From a bacterium (GTDB lineage: Bacteria > RBG-13-61-14 > DATKZS01): a stretch of DNA of 64,000 nt. A program made the translations under genes and the position numbers. Every line of letters begins with the position of its first letter. Position 1 is the stretch's first letter. Where the stretch lies: NCBI GenBank assembly GCA_963674965.2, contig CAXXFL010000006.1, forward strand, positions 512,001-576,000, read 5' to 3'. Shown here in pieces: positions 9,739 to 18,869 of this stretch. The notes beneath the pieces were generated by a model. That model saw only the letters and a program-made list of their open reading frames with translations, was not told where the DNA came from and made no database searches.

Positions 9739-11087
9739 GGGTCTTCCCAAGAATCTGTGGGTGTTCTTTGACATAGTTTAGTTGAAAAGCACGGTCGTTT
9801 CAGGCTAATAGGGTTATGCGAAAACAATCCTGAAGCCTGAAGGAGTCGACCGTGCTTGTAGAGAGTCTTGTACGAGAAACGCTTGGTGTCAAGGATCACA
9901 AGGTTAAGAGCGTCAGCGGAGACGCGGTGGGGCTTACGGTTCTTATGGATCGCAAGAAGCTTCGGAAGCTCACCTGCTCTTGTTGCGGCTCTCGAGCTTG
10001 GGTTTACGACACGCTTGCCGAGAGGACCTGGCGTCATGTTCCGTTGTGGGGCATCCCCGTGACCATCGTTTACAGCCCGCGCCGGGTGAACTGCCCAAAT
10101 TGCGGCGTCAAGGTCGAGCAGGTCCCGTGGGGGATGGGCAAAAGTCGGCTCTCCCTGCCGCTGATCATCGTGCTCGCCGCCTGGGCCAGGCTCCTGGCCG
10201 TCGGCGTCGTGGCCGATCTCTTCGGCTTGAGTTGGTCCACGGTGGGGGCGGCGGTCAAGCACGCGGTGGCTTACGGCCTCGAACACCGCGACGTTTCCGG
10301 CGTGCTTTACATCGGGATCGACGAGGTCTCTCGCAAAAAAGGCCACGTCTATCACACCCAGGTTTACGAGATCGGCAAGAGGCGGCGTCTTTTGTGGTCC
10401 GGAGAGGGGCGCAAGAAAGAGACGCTGGAACGTTTTTTCGATGAACTTGGCGAGGAGGGGGTTGCCGCCATCCAGGGCGTCTGTTGCGACATGTGGGCGC
10501 CTTACGTGGACGTCATCAAGGAGAAGGCGCCCAAGGCGGTCCTTGTTTTTGACAAATTCCACCTTGTCCGCCACTTGAACGACGCCGTGGACAAGGTGAG
10601 AAAAAAGGAAGCCGAGAAGCTCAAGGAAAAGGACCCGGGGCTTTTGAAGGGCACGAAATACATCTGGCTCAAAAACCCCTGGAACCTGACGCCCAAACAG
10701 AAACAGCGGCTTGGTTACCTGGAGAGCATGAACCTTAAGATCAACCGCGCTTACCTTCTCAAGGAGAGCTTCCGTGAATTGTGGTCCTATCAGAGCAAGG
10801 GTTGGGCCAAGCGTTATTTGAACAAGTGGTTCTGGTGGGCGACCCACTCTCGCCTGGAACCGATGCGTGATTTTGCCTGGCTTCTTCGCCGTCATGAGGA
10901 AGACGTCCTTAATTGGTTCAACGTTCCGATCGATAATGGGGCGGTGGAGGCAATGAACAACAACGCCAAGGCCATCAGTCACCGAGCCAGAGGTTACAGG
11001 AGCGAAAAATGGTTCACCCTGATACAATTACATTGCCTGGGTCAAATGCCCATGCCGGAATCCACCCACAGATTTGCGTGAGGAGCC
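9739..11087 (+). mobile_element. ISL3-family insertion sequence, 1349 bp, with 8-bp target-site duplication
   Basis: Imperfect terminal inverted repeats GGGTCTTCCCAAGAATCTGTGGGTG and (reverse complement) GGCTCCTCACGCAAATCTGTGGGTG, 19/25 identical; direct repeat GATTTTTT at 9731-9738 and 11088-11095. Confidence 0.93.
9852..11081 (+). CDS. ISL3-family transposase
   Basis: Zinc finger (CSCCG...CPNCG), IGIDE, CCDMW, FDKFHL and NGAVEAMNN..K motifs; AGGAG RBS before GTG. Confidence 0.93.
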   Translation: MLVESLVRETLGVKDHKVKSVSGDAVGLTVLMDRKKLRKLTCSCCGSRAWVYDTLAERTWRHVPLWGIPVTIVYSPRRVNCPNCGVKVEQVPWGMGKSRLSLPLIIVLAAWARLLAVGVVADLFGLSWSTVGAAVKHAVAYGLEHRDVSGVLYIGIDEVSRKKGHVYHTQVYEIGKRRRLLWSGEGRKKETLERFFDELGEEGVAAIQGVCCDMWAPYVDVIKEKAPKAVLVFDKFHLVRHLNDAVDKVRKKEAEKLKEKDPGLLKGTKYIWLKNPWNLTPKQKQRLGYLESMNLKINRAYLLKESFRELWSYQSKGWAKRYLNKWFWWATHSRLEPMRDFAWLLRRHEEDVLNWFNVPIDNGAVEAMNNNAKAISHRARGYRSEKWFTLIQLHCLGQMPMPESTHRFA

Positions 11088-12072
11088 GATTTTTTCTTTG
11101 ACTTTTTACGAAACTCTAGTCTTTTTGAAGTGCATTCTTTTAAAATATTGAAGTAATAATCAAAGTAACCTGTGTCCCGAATGGCATCAAAGAGATAACG
11201 CAAAAGACCTTCAAAATAAATCGGTTTCTTATCAATCCATGAAAGCCAAACACAAAGGCAGAATGCCTGGATAAATGATGGAAGTCGGATAAATTCCGTG
11301 TAATAGATGCTGCGGAGATCCGCCTTTTCAAGATTAGCCTCCTCAAAGTCAGCCCCCTCGATATGTGCTAACCATAGGTTTGCGGCTTTTAGGTTAACAT
11401 GCCAAAGTTCCGCCCTTTCGAGATTGGCGCACTCTAGTTCCGCACCGTCTAGATCAGACCCAGAAAGTAAAGCACCCTTAAGATTTGCACTGCAAAGTGA
11501 GGAATTCTTGAGATTTGCGTCATTTATTTCTGCATTTTCGAGATTGCTGAAATTGAGATTCGCCTTTTGAAGAACTGCGGTTGCGATCAATGCATTTTTT
11601 AGGTTTGCTTTTTTGAGATTTGCCCCTTCAAGATTGGCATTCCATAGTACAGCACCTTCAAGATTAGCTCCCTCAAGATATATCCCTTTTAGGTTTGCAT
11701 TTTTAAAATATCCATTTTGCAGATTACTTCTCTCTAATTCAACTCCATCACGCCATCTGAGTACTCCATCATTCCCGGTTTCTTTCTGCAAACACGCTGC
11801 ACAATAATCAGAACCCCACAGGGCAAGCTCCCCGCATAAACATCTCGTAGCAGTAATTACTTGCATGATGCTACTCTCCAGTGTCTATCCATCCGTTAGG
11901 TCATATTTTTTCTCACTCCACCTTTGCCACGATTCTCTCGTCGCCGTATTACTCAGCCCATTCGGTACCTTCACCCATGTGAGATGGGCTTTTCATAAAA
12001 TTATATATATCCAACTGTCGCGCCGGGCGGTGGTGCAAGTAATATATAAAACCGGGCCGTGCCATCCTTGAA

Positions 12073-13494
12073 TTACAGCTTGCACTTGTCGGTCGAGTCG
12101 GGGATGTCGATGTGGTTGAACTTGGAAACCTCCTCACACTCGATCTTCCACTCCTCGCCGACCTTGACCAGACGAAAGCGCTTGTCCACCCCGTACTCGA
12201 CCACCTCGCCGAAGTTGTTCGTAAGAGAGCCGTCAACCGTGCACTCGACCATGGCCTTGTCGCCGGTCTCGCTATACTCCTCCCTCAGGTTGTAAATCGA
12301 CATGTCGTAGGCCTTGATGCTCCTTAAATATTTGGCGTGGTTCTCCAGGAGCCACGACCGGGTTTTGTTGGTGCCCCTCCAGACGACGCCGTCCGTGTAA
12401 TAGCCGGCCATGTCCTGGGCCGACTTGTTCTCCTCCGCCAGGGTGAACAAGGTCACCACCTGCATGGGGTCGCAGGTCAGGGGCTTTTGCGACGTGTCGC
12501 AAACCAGCTTTCCCTCGTTGTCCATCACCACGTAGCGGGAGACGGGCCCGCCGCCCATGGGCCGGAAAATCTTCACCTGGAAGCCGGCCTTGGAAAAGGA
12601 CTCGACCTCGCCCTGCCCCATCAGGACCAGCTTTTTGTCGCTCACGGAAAAGGTCTTCGCCTGGGTGAGACCGGCGCTGGACACGCAGGTCGAGGAGATA
12701 ATTTTGGACGCGGCGTCGAAGGAGGGCGAGCAGAGGGAGTCGAACATGTCGGTCGGCTTGTATTGCATGGTTTCCTTATCGAAGAGCCAGTACAGATATT
12801 GCTCTCTTACTCCCCTGCCCTTCTCGGTCACCAGGAGCCTCAAGTCGGCGTATCCGTCAAAGTCCATGTCCTCGATACTGAAGTCCACGTCCCTGGTCTT
12901 GAGGACGTCGGCGAAGAGGATGCTTTGAGGTGGCGCGGCCCCGGCGGACCTATACTCGATCCGGTCGAGGTAGTTGTTCTTTCCCGCGAAGACCAGCTTG
13001 AACTCGGCGGCGGGCATATCGGAATGGATGGCCGCCTTCTCGGCGTAGCTGACGGGAGAAGGGGCGCAGGCTTCCTTTTTATCCTGGGCCCCGGCGTTGG
13101 CGCACTTGACGTAATCGTTAATGTCGGACATATAGAGCATGGGGCCGACCTGGATATAGGCCTTGTCCGCCTTCCACTGCGCGCCGGAGACGGCGGCCAT
13201 CACGTCGGTGGCGAGGCCGATCCGGCTCCCCTTCTCCTCCCGCGCCTTGAAAAGGGCGTCCTCAAGATTGTCTCCGTCAACGTCCACCAGTGAAACGCCG
13301 AGGGAAAGGCCGGCCTTGGCCAACTCCCCCTCCAGAACGCTTTGAAAGGTCTCGGCCGGGACCTCGGTTTTATCGTCCTTGTCCTTGCCGCCTTTTTCCC
13401 GGGCCGCTCCCGACCCGCCGCAGCCAAGGGCCAGGGCGATCAATACGGCCGCCGCCAAAACCGGTCCGCTCGCTCGCCAAAGATAACGTTGCAT
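12073..13494 (-). CDS. Multidomain lipoprotein (XAC2610-like middle region, NTF2/SnoaL-like C-terminus)
   Basis: Lipobox LALGC; DMDFDGYADL...YLYWLFD motif; C-terminal KRFRLVKVGEEWKIECEE. Confidence 0.6.
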   Translation of the reverse strand: MQRYLWRASGPVLAAAVLIALALGCGGSGAAREKGGKDKDDKTEVPAETFQSVLEGELAKAGLSLGVSLVDVDGDNLEDALFKAREEKGSRIGLATDVMAAVSGAQWKADKAYIQVGPMLYMSDINDYVKCANAGAQDKKEACAPSPVSYAEKAAIHSDMPAAEFKLVFAGKNNYLDRIEYRSAGAAPPQSILFADVLKTRDVDFSIEDMDFDGYADLRLLVTEKGRGVREQYLYWLFDKETMQYKPTDMFDSLCSPSFDAASKIISSTCVSSAGLTQAKTFSVSDKKLVLMGQGEVESFSKAGFQVKIFRPMGGGPVSRYVVMDNEGKLVCDTSQKPLTCDPMQVVTLFTLAEENKSAQDMAGYYTDGVVWRGTNKTRSWLLENHAKYLRSIKAYDMSIYNLREEYSETGDKAMVECTVDGSLTNNFGEVVEYGVDKRFRLVKVGEEWKIECEEVSKFNHIDIPDSTDKCKL

Positions 13495-13547
13495 GTCCCC
13501 TCCCCGGCGGCCCTATGGCCGCTCTATAATTTCGTCCCCTTTGAACG

Positions 13548-14990
13548 CTATATTACCATGGAAATGAACTTCAGCTCCGTGTAGGCGTCAACGCCTTCCC
13601 GGCCGCCTTCCCGCCCCATGCCCGAGGCTTTTACTCCCCCGAAGGGCCCCTGCACCGCCGCGGGCGCCGGGTCGTTGACTCCCACTATACCCGCCTCGAG
13701 TCTCTCGCTCAGCTTGATGGCGTAGTCCAGTCTTTTCGTGACCACGTAGGCCGCGAGACCGAACTCGGTGCCGTTGGCCACCTCGACGGCCTGGTCCAGG
13801 TCGTCGTAGCCCATGACCGGCATAATGGGGGCGAAGGGTTCCTCCTTCATGATGATCATGTCACCGTTGACTTCGGTGACCACGGCGGGCTCGATCCAGA
13901 AACCCTTTTTATATTTCTCTCCCTGGGGCCTTTTGCCTCCGCACACGATCTTGCCGCCCTTGTCGGCCACGTCCTGCAAGAGGGCCTCCGTCTCCGCCAG
14001 CCTGAGCCGGTCGTGGAGCGGGCCCACGTCCACGTCGGGCTCGAGGCCGTTGCCTATGCGGAGGGCCGAGGCGAACTCGGCCGCCCTGGCCAGGAACTCG
14101 TCCTTCATCCGGCTGGGCACGAAGAAGCGGGAGGGGGATATGCACACCTGCCCCATGTTGCGGTACTTACCGAACACGGCCAGGCGGGCGGCGTCCTCGG
14201 GCGAGGCGTCGTCGCATACTATAAAGGGAGAGTGGCCGCCTAGCTCGAGGGAAATCCTTTTCAAGGAGTCGGCCGACCTCTTCAATAACTCCTTGCCCAC
14301 GGGCACGGAGCCGGTAAAGCTGATCTTTCTCACCGCCGGGTTCCCGATGAACTCGTCGGCCGCGTCCGCGGGCGGTCCGGTGATCAAATTGGCCACGCCG
14401 GGGGGCAACCCGGCCTCGTGGATGCAGTTCCACATTTCCATGGTGGCAAGGGGGGTCTGGGTGGCGGATCGTCCGACCACGGCGTTGCCGCAGGCCAGGG
14501 CCGGGGCGATCTTGCGCGCCATGAGCAAAACGGGGAAGTTCCAGGGCGCGATGGCGCCCACGACCCCCAGCGGAGACCGGGTCGACATCATGCGCTTGTC
14601 CGTCATATGGGAGGGTATCCACTCGCCCCATCTGCGCTTGACCTCCTCGGCGTACCACTCGAACTGGGCCGCCGCGCCCATGATCTCTCCCCTCGACTCC
14701 GCCAGGGGCTTGCCCACCTCCATGGTCAGGGTCCTGGACATCTCGTCCGCCCGGGAGCGCATGAGGCCGGCTATCCGGAGAAGCAGCGGGGCCCTTTGAT
14801 ATGGAGTATTGTCTCTCCAATCCGGATAGGCCGAGCGGGCGGCCTCGACGGCCTGGACGGCCTCGTAACGAGAACCGTAGGGGACCTCCCGGATCGTCTC
14901 CTCCGTCGCCGGGTTGATCACGCCCATCGACTGGCCTTCCTTGCCTTCTATAAACTCTCCATTTACGTATAGCTTGTACTCCATGCTCAT
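13548..14990 (-). CDS. gabD: NAD(P)-dependent succinate-semialdehyde dehydrogenase-like aldehyde dehydrogenase
   Basis: PWNFP, SFTGS, LELGGH, GQVC, EEPFAP and PFGGVKASGMGREG. Confidence 0.8.
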   Translation of the reverse strand: MSMEYKLYVNGEFIEGKEGQSMGVINPATEETIREVPYGSRYEAVQAVEAARSAYPDWRDNTPYQRAPLLLRIAGLMRSRADEMSRTLTMEVGKPLAESRGEIMGAAAQFEWYAEEVKRRWGEWIPSHMTDKRMMSTRSPLGVVGAIAPWNFPVLLMARKIAPALACGNAVVGRSATQTPLATMEMWNCIHEAGLPPGVANLITGPPADAADEFIGNPAVRKISFTGSVPVGKELLKRSADSLKRISLELGGHSPFIVCDDASPEDAARLAVFGKYRNMGQVCISPSRFFVPSRMKDEFLARAAEFASALRIGNGLEPDVDVGPLHDRLRLAETEALLQDVADKGGKIVCGGKRPQGEKYKKGFWIEPAVVTEVNGDMIIMKEEPFAPIMPVMGYDDLDQAVEVANGTEFGLAAYVVTKRLDYAIKLSERLEAGIVGVNDPAPAAVQGPFGGVKASGMGREGGREGVDAYTELKFISMVI

Positions 14991-15356
14991 AAACGCCTCC
15001 CTTTTTGGATGATGGGGACCTCAGATGACTCAATCACCGGGCCTCACGATCTGGATAAGTTTATTATACCAAAGGCCCGGGCGCCAGTTTGAGCGCGCCT
15101 TTTCCGATCCCGGCTCCAGCGATCGGGGAAATCCGGCTTTTTTCGCCGGCCAACCGCGCCGATCTTTGTTATGCCTCGAGAGCCAATTGTAAAAGCGCCT
15201 CGGTTACCGTCTTTCACGGCCAAGTCTCCGGACTCGTTCATGATATTTTGTGGTCTCATGACGGGAATCTTTCAAAAAACGACGCTTCCCCCCGAGCGCT
15301 CTCAAGCATTAATCCGATCTTTGCGGCTTTGGGACTTTCGTGATAAATTCCCTAAC

Positions 15357-17126
15357 ATGAGACAAATTTCGATCGCGACAACGGACGCCCGAAAACGGCC
15401 GAGCTTCGTTCCTCTTTGGCTACTCCTCTGTTTCCTTATGGCCCTGGGATGCTGCTCTTTCAAACGACCCGTCATGCCGAAAAATCTGAGCGGCATCGGC
15501 CACTCCGGCACTTACCTGGAGCGAGACCCCGAGGTCCTGGCCATGAACCACTTCACCTTCGCCCAGCACTACGTTTATAACGGGCAGGCCGAGGAAGCGG
15601 TGGAGGAACTTAGGGAGGCCCTCCGGATCGACCCCGGCTCGGTCTACGTCAGGGAATACCTGGCCGGTCTTTTATATCAGATGGGCGAGACGGACGAGTC
15701 TCTCGAGCTGGTGGAGGAAATTTTAGCCATCGATCCTGACCGGGCCCAGGCTTACAACCTTCGGGGGCTTATCATCCTCAACTCGGGGAGGGAGGACCAG
15801 CTCGAGGAGGCGGAGACGGCCTTTATCGAGGCCCTGTCCCGAGAGCCCGACTCGGTCGAGTACGTTTTAAGCCTGGCCGAGACCCGGGTCCGGATGGGTA
15901 AGCTCAAGGCCGCCCTCGAGGTGCTCGAGAACTTCGCCATCAAAAACCCCGGCGCCATCGACGTGTACCATTACATCGCCAGCATCCTTAACGGGATGGG
16001 ACGCTCGCAGGAGGCGGCCGAGGTTTACTGGGGCATAGTCAAAAAAGCCCCCGGTTATTACCCGGCCATGCGCGACCTTTTCCTTCTCGAGGTGGGAAGG
16101 CAAAACTGGGACAAGGCCATCGAACTGGGGGATATGATCGTGTCCTTTTATCCGGGCGACTCCGAGACCAGGCTGACCCTGGCCAAAATCCTGGTCTACC
16201 GGGGCCAGGACGACCGGGCCCTCGAGGTCCTTCAGGCGGGCAAGACCTCGGGCGTGGTCCTTATCGACTGGTACCTCCAGCGAGGCTACATCTTCCTCAA
16301 ACAGGACAAGCTCGATGAGGCGGAAAACGAGTTCAGCCTCGCCCTCACCCTCGAGCCCTCCAACGGGGAGGCCGTTTTCGCCATGGGACTGATCGAGGCG
16401 GCGAAAAACGACCGCGTGGCCGCGGCCTCTTATTTCGAGTCCGTGCCTCAGGACGACCCCATTTACCTCGAGGCCAGGAAGCAGTTGGCCCTGCTCGCCA
16501 TTAAGGACGGCGACAACCAAAGGGCCCTGGCCATAGTCGAGGACCTGCTCGAGAAAAAGCCGGACGATAAGGGCATTGTCTTCGCCTATTCCATGATCTG
16601 CCGCCAGATCGGGGAACCGGAACGCGCGCAGTCCGCGGTAATCGACGCCCTGGCCGCCGACCCCGAGGACGAGAACCTGAAATACGAGCTGGGCATGCTC
16701 TTTTACGAGGAGGGAAGGGTCGAGGCGGCCCTGGCCCTTAACGAGGAAATCCTCTCGAGAAACCCGAACAACGCCAACTCGCTGAACTTCATCGGCTACA
16801 CCTGGGCCGAGAGGGGCGAGCGCCTGGATGAGGCCGAGGCGAAAATCCGCCGGGCCCTCGAGCTCGAGCCCGAGGCGGGCCACATCATGGACAGCCTGGG
16901 ATGGGTTTATTATCAGCGGGGCGACTACGGCGAGGCCTTGAAGTGGCTTAACAAGGCGGTGGAGAAACTGGGACGGGAGCCGGAGCTTCTCGAGCACCTT
17001 GCCCTTTGCCATCTTGCCATGGGCGATAAGGCCAAGGCGGTCGAGATATTCGAGGAGGCCCTTGCAAAGGGTCCCACCCCCAGAATTAAAGAGAGGATCG
17101 AAAGAAAGCTCGAGGATATCAAATGA
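15357..17126 (+). CDS. Tetratricopeptide-repeat (lipo)protein
   Basis: Many TPR helices; LMALGC lipobox-like; C-terminal LNFIGYTWAE...DSLGWVYY. Start chosen at ATG 15357 (ORF track begins at 15171). Confidence 0.8.
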   Translation: MRQISIATTDARKRPSFVPLWLLLCFLMALGCCSFKRPVMPKNLSGIGHSGTYLERDPEVLAMNHFTFAQHYVYNGQAEEAVEELREALRIDPGSVYVREYLAGLLYQMGETDESLELVEEILAIDPDRAQAYNLRGLIILNSGREDQLEEAETAFIEALSREPDSVEYVLSLAETRVRMGKLKAALEVLENFAIKNPGAIDVYHYIASILNGMGRSQEAAEVYWGIVKKAPGYYPAMRDLFLLEVGRQNWDKAIELGDMIVSFYPGDSETRLTLAKILVYRGQDDRALEVLQAGKTSGVVLIDWYLQRGYIFLKQDKLDEAENEFSLALTLEPSNGEAVFAMGLIEAAKNDRVAAASYFESVPQDDPIYLEARKQLALLAIKDGDNQRALAIVEDLLEKKPDDKGIVFAYSMICRQIGEPERAQSAVIDALAADPEDENLKYELGMLFYEEGRVEAALALNEEILSRNPNNANSLNFIGYTWAERGERLDEAEAKIRRALELEPEAGHIMDSLGWVYYQRGDYGEALKWLNKAVEKLGREPELLEHLALCHLAMGDKAKAVEIFEEALAKGPTPRIKERIERKLEDIK

Positions 17127-18868
17127 AAAAAGCGGCCATCCTTCTGGCGGTGCTTCTCGCTTTTGGGGCGGGTTGCAAAAAGCGCGGCAATGACAAGGGC
17201 TCGAACTCCGGTCCCGGAAAGGACGTAAGAACCGGGGAGACGGTTGAGACGAAAAAATCCGCCGGTTGCTCCGCGGTCGATCCCGGCGGCGTGACCTCGA
17301 TCCCCGCGCCGGCGGGAGAGGTCCCCGACGACGGCGACGCGCTGGTAAGAAGGCTGCCCGCCGAGCCCGGCACCCTTAACCCCCTGACCGCCACCGACGC
17401 CTACGAGCAGTCCATCAACTATCCCTTCGTGATCGAGACCCTGCTGGACCAGGACCTCGCGACGGGTGAGCTTAAGCCCCTTTTGGCCGAGAGCTGGGAC
17501 GTGTCTCCCGACAAGCTGACCTTTACCTTCCATCTCCGGAAGGACGTGAAATGGCACGACGGAAAACCGCTTACCGTTGACGACGTGGTGTTTACCTATG
17601 ACAAGCTCATGGACCCCAAGGTCGACGCGGCCTCATACCGGAGCTACTTCGGCGACATGGAGTCCTACGAGAAAATCGACGACTATACCTTCCTCGTGAA
17701 ATGGAAAAAGCCCTATTTCAAGTCCCTCGAGATGATCGGCGGAACGCCCGTCTTGCCCAAACACGCGCTCGACGACGGGACCGACTTCAACAAGCATCCC
17801 TATGGCCGGGCCCCTCTCGGCTCGGGTCCCTACGTGTTCGACAAATGGGAAACGGGCCAGCGCATAGTCCTGAAAAGGAACCCGAATTACTGGGGCAAAA
17901 AACCCCATTTCGACTCCGTGGTCTTTAAGATACTCACCAACGACGACGTGGCGCTTAGCCTCATGAAAAAAGGCGAACTGGACACTTTAGGCCTGTCGCC
18001 GCTGCAATGGGTATATCAGACGGGAACGTCCCAGTTCAACGAGAAGAACCATAAAATCCATTACCATTATCCCGGCTATTCTTATATCGGTTGGAACCTC
18101 AGGAAGCCCCTTTTCCAGGACAAGAGGGTAAGGAAAGCCCTTACCATGCTCCTTAACCGGGAGGCCATCCTGGAAAAAATCTATTATTGCCTCGGGTCCA
18201 TTCAGACCGGTCCCTACGACCAGACCGGAGACTTCGCCGACCCCGATATCAAGCCCTATCCGTTCGATCCCAAGGCGGCCGGAGCCCTTCTGGCCGAGGC
18301 GGGATGGACGGACGAGGACGGGGACGGAATATTGGACAAGGACGGTATGGCCTTCCGTTTCGAGATGTCCTTTACGGCCCAGCTTCCCGAGGTGGAAAAG
18401 GCCATGCGCATATACAAGGAGGACCTGAGGAAAGCCGGAATCGACATGGAGATACGGACCCTCGAGTGGGCCGTGTTCCTGCAAAACGTGCAGGAATGGA
18501 AGTTCGACGCCACGGCCCTTGGCTGGGCCCTCGCCTCCAATCCAGACTCCTATCAGCTCTGGCACTCGAGCCAGGCCGATATCAAGTCAAGCTCGAACCA
18601 CGTGGGTTTCAAGAGCGCCAGGGTGGACGAGTTGATCGAGCTTAACCGGGAGGAGTTCGACCGGAACAAAAGGATCGAGTACTGCCGGGAAATCCACCGG
18701 GTGCTGCATGAGGAGCAGCCATACACGTTCTTCATCTCCTCCGAGGCCCTGTCCGCCGTGGATAAAAGGATTCACAACGTGGTCCCCCATCCCATCCGGC
18801 CCATATTTCTTTACAACGAGTGGTACGTGCCCAAGGCCATGCAAAAAAGGAGCGCGGCCTCACTTTAA
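17123..18868 (+). CDS. oppA: Peptide ABC transporter substrate-binding lipoprotein (family 5)
   Basis: Lipobox FGAGC; LAESWDVS...FHLRKDVKWHDG, GSGPY and DKRVRKAL. Confidence 0.88.
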   Translation: MKKAAILLAVLLAFGAGCKKRGNDKGSNSGPGKDVRTGETVETKKSAGCSAVDPGGVTSIPAPAGEVPDDGDALVRRLPAEPGTLNPLTATDAYEQSINYPFVIETLLDQDLATGELKPLLAESWDVSPDKLTFTFHLRKDVKWHDGKPLTVDDVVFTYDKLMDPKVDAASYRSYFGDMESYEKIDDYTFLVKWKKPYFKSLEMIGGTPVLPKHALDDGTDFNKHPYGRAPLGSGPYVFDKWETGQRIVLKRNPNYWGKKPHFDSVVFKILTNDDVALSLMKKGELDTLGLSPLQWVYQTGTSQFNEKNHKIHYHYPGYSYIGWNLRKPLFQDKRVRKALTMLLNREAILEKIYYCLGSIQTGPYDQTGDFADPDIKPYPFDPKAAGALLAEAGWTDEDGDGILDKDGMAFRFEMSFTAQLPEVEKAMRIYKEDLRKAGIDMEIRTLEWAVFLQNVQEWKFDATALGWALASNPDSYQLWHSSQADIKSSSNHVGFKSARVDELIELNREEFDRNKRIEYCREIHRVLHEEQPYTFFISSEALSAVDKRIHNVVPHPIRPIFLYNEWYVPKAMQKRSAASL

Positions 18869-18869
18869 A

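Larger units (their letters stand above)
9160..11866 (-). pseudogene. Pentapeptide-repeat plus potassium-channel (Ion_trans_2-like) gene interrupted by an ISL3 element
   Basis: 5' part 11088..11866 has ANLEG/ANLKK pentapeptide repeats; 3' part 9160..9730 has transmembrane helices and YFSVVTFTTLGFGDITP. Removing the IS and one target-site copy gives a continuous 1350-nt frame (449 aa). Confidence 0.88.

Noticed and set aside
9726-11027. 433-aa ORF antisense to the transposase
   Set aside because: Shadow frame of the ISL3 transposase with no recognisable motifs.
11870-12070. Possible integron attC or att site beside the AT-rich gene (GTTAGGT; AGCCCAT/ATGGGCT inverted repeat)
   Set aside because: No properly oriented R''/R' pair and no integrase in the window.
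18708-18869. Longer N-terminus of the fused permease in the ORF track
   Set aside because: Overlaps oppA; ATG 18870 gives the canonical MRDYVIKRLL start.
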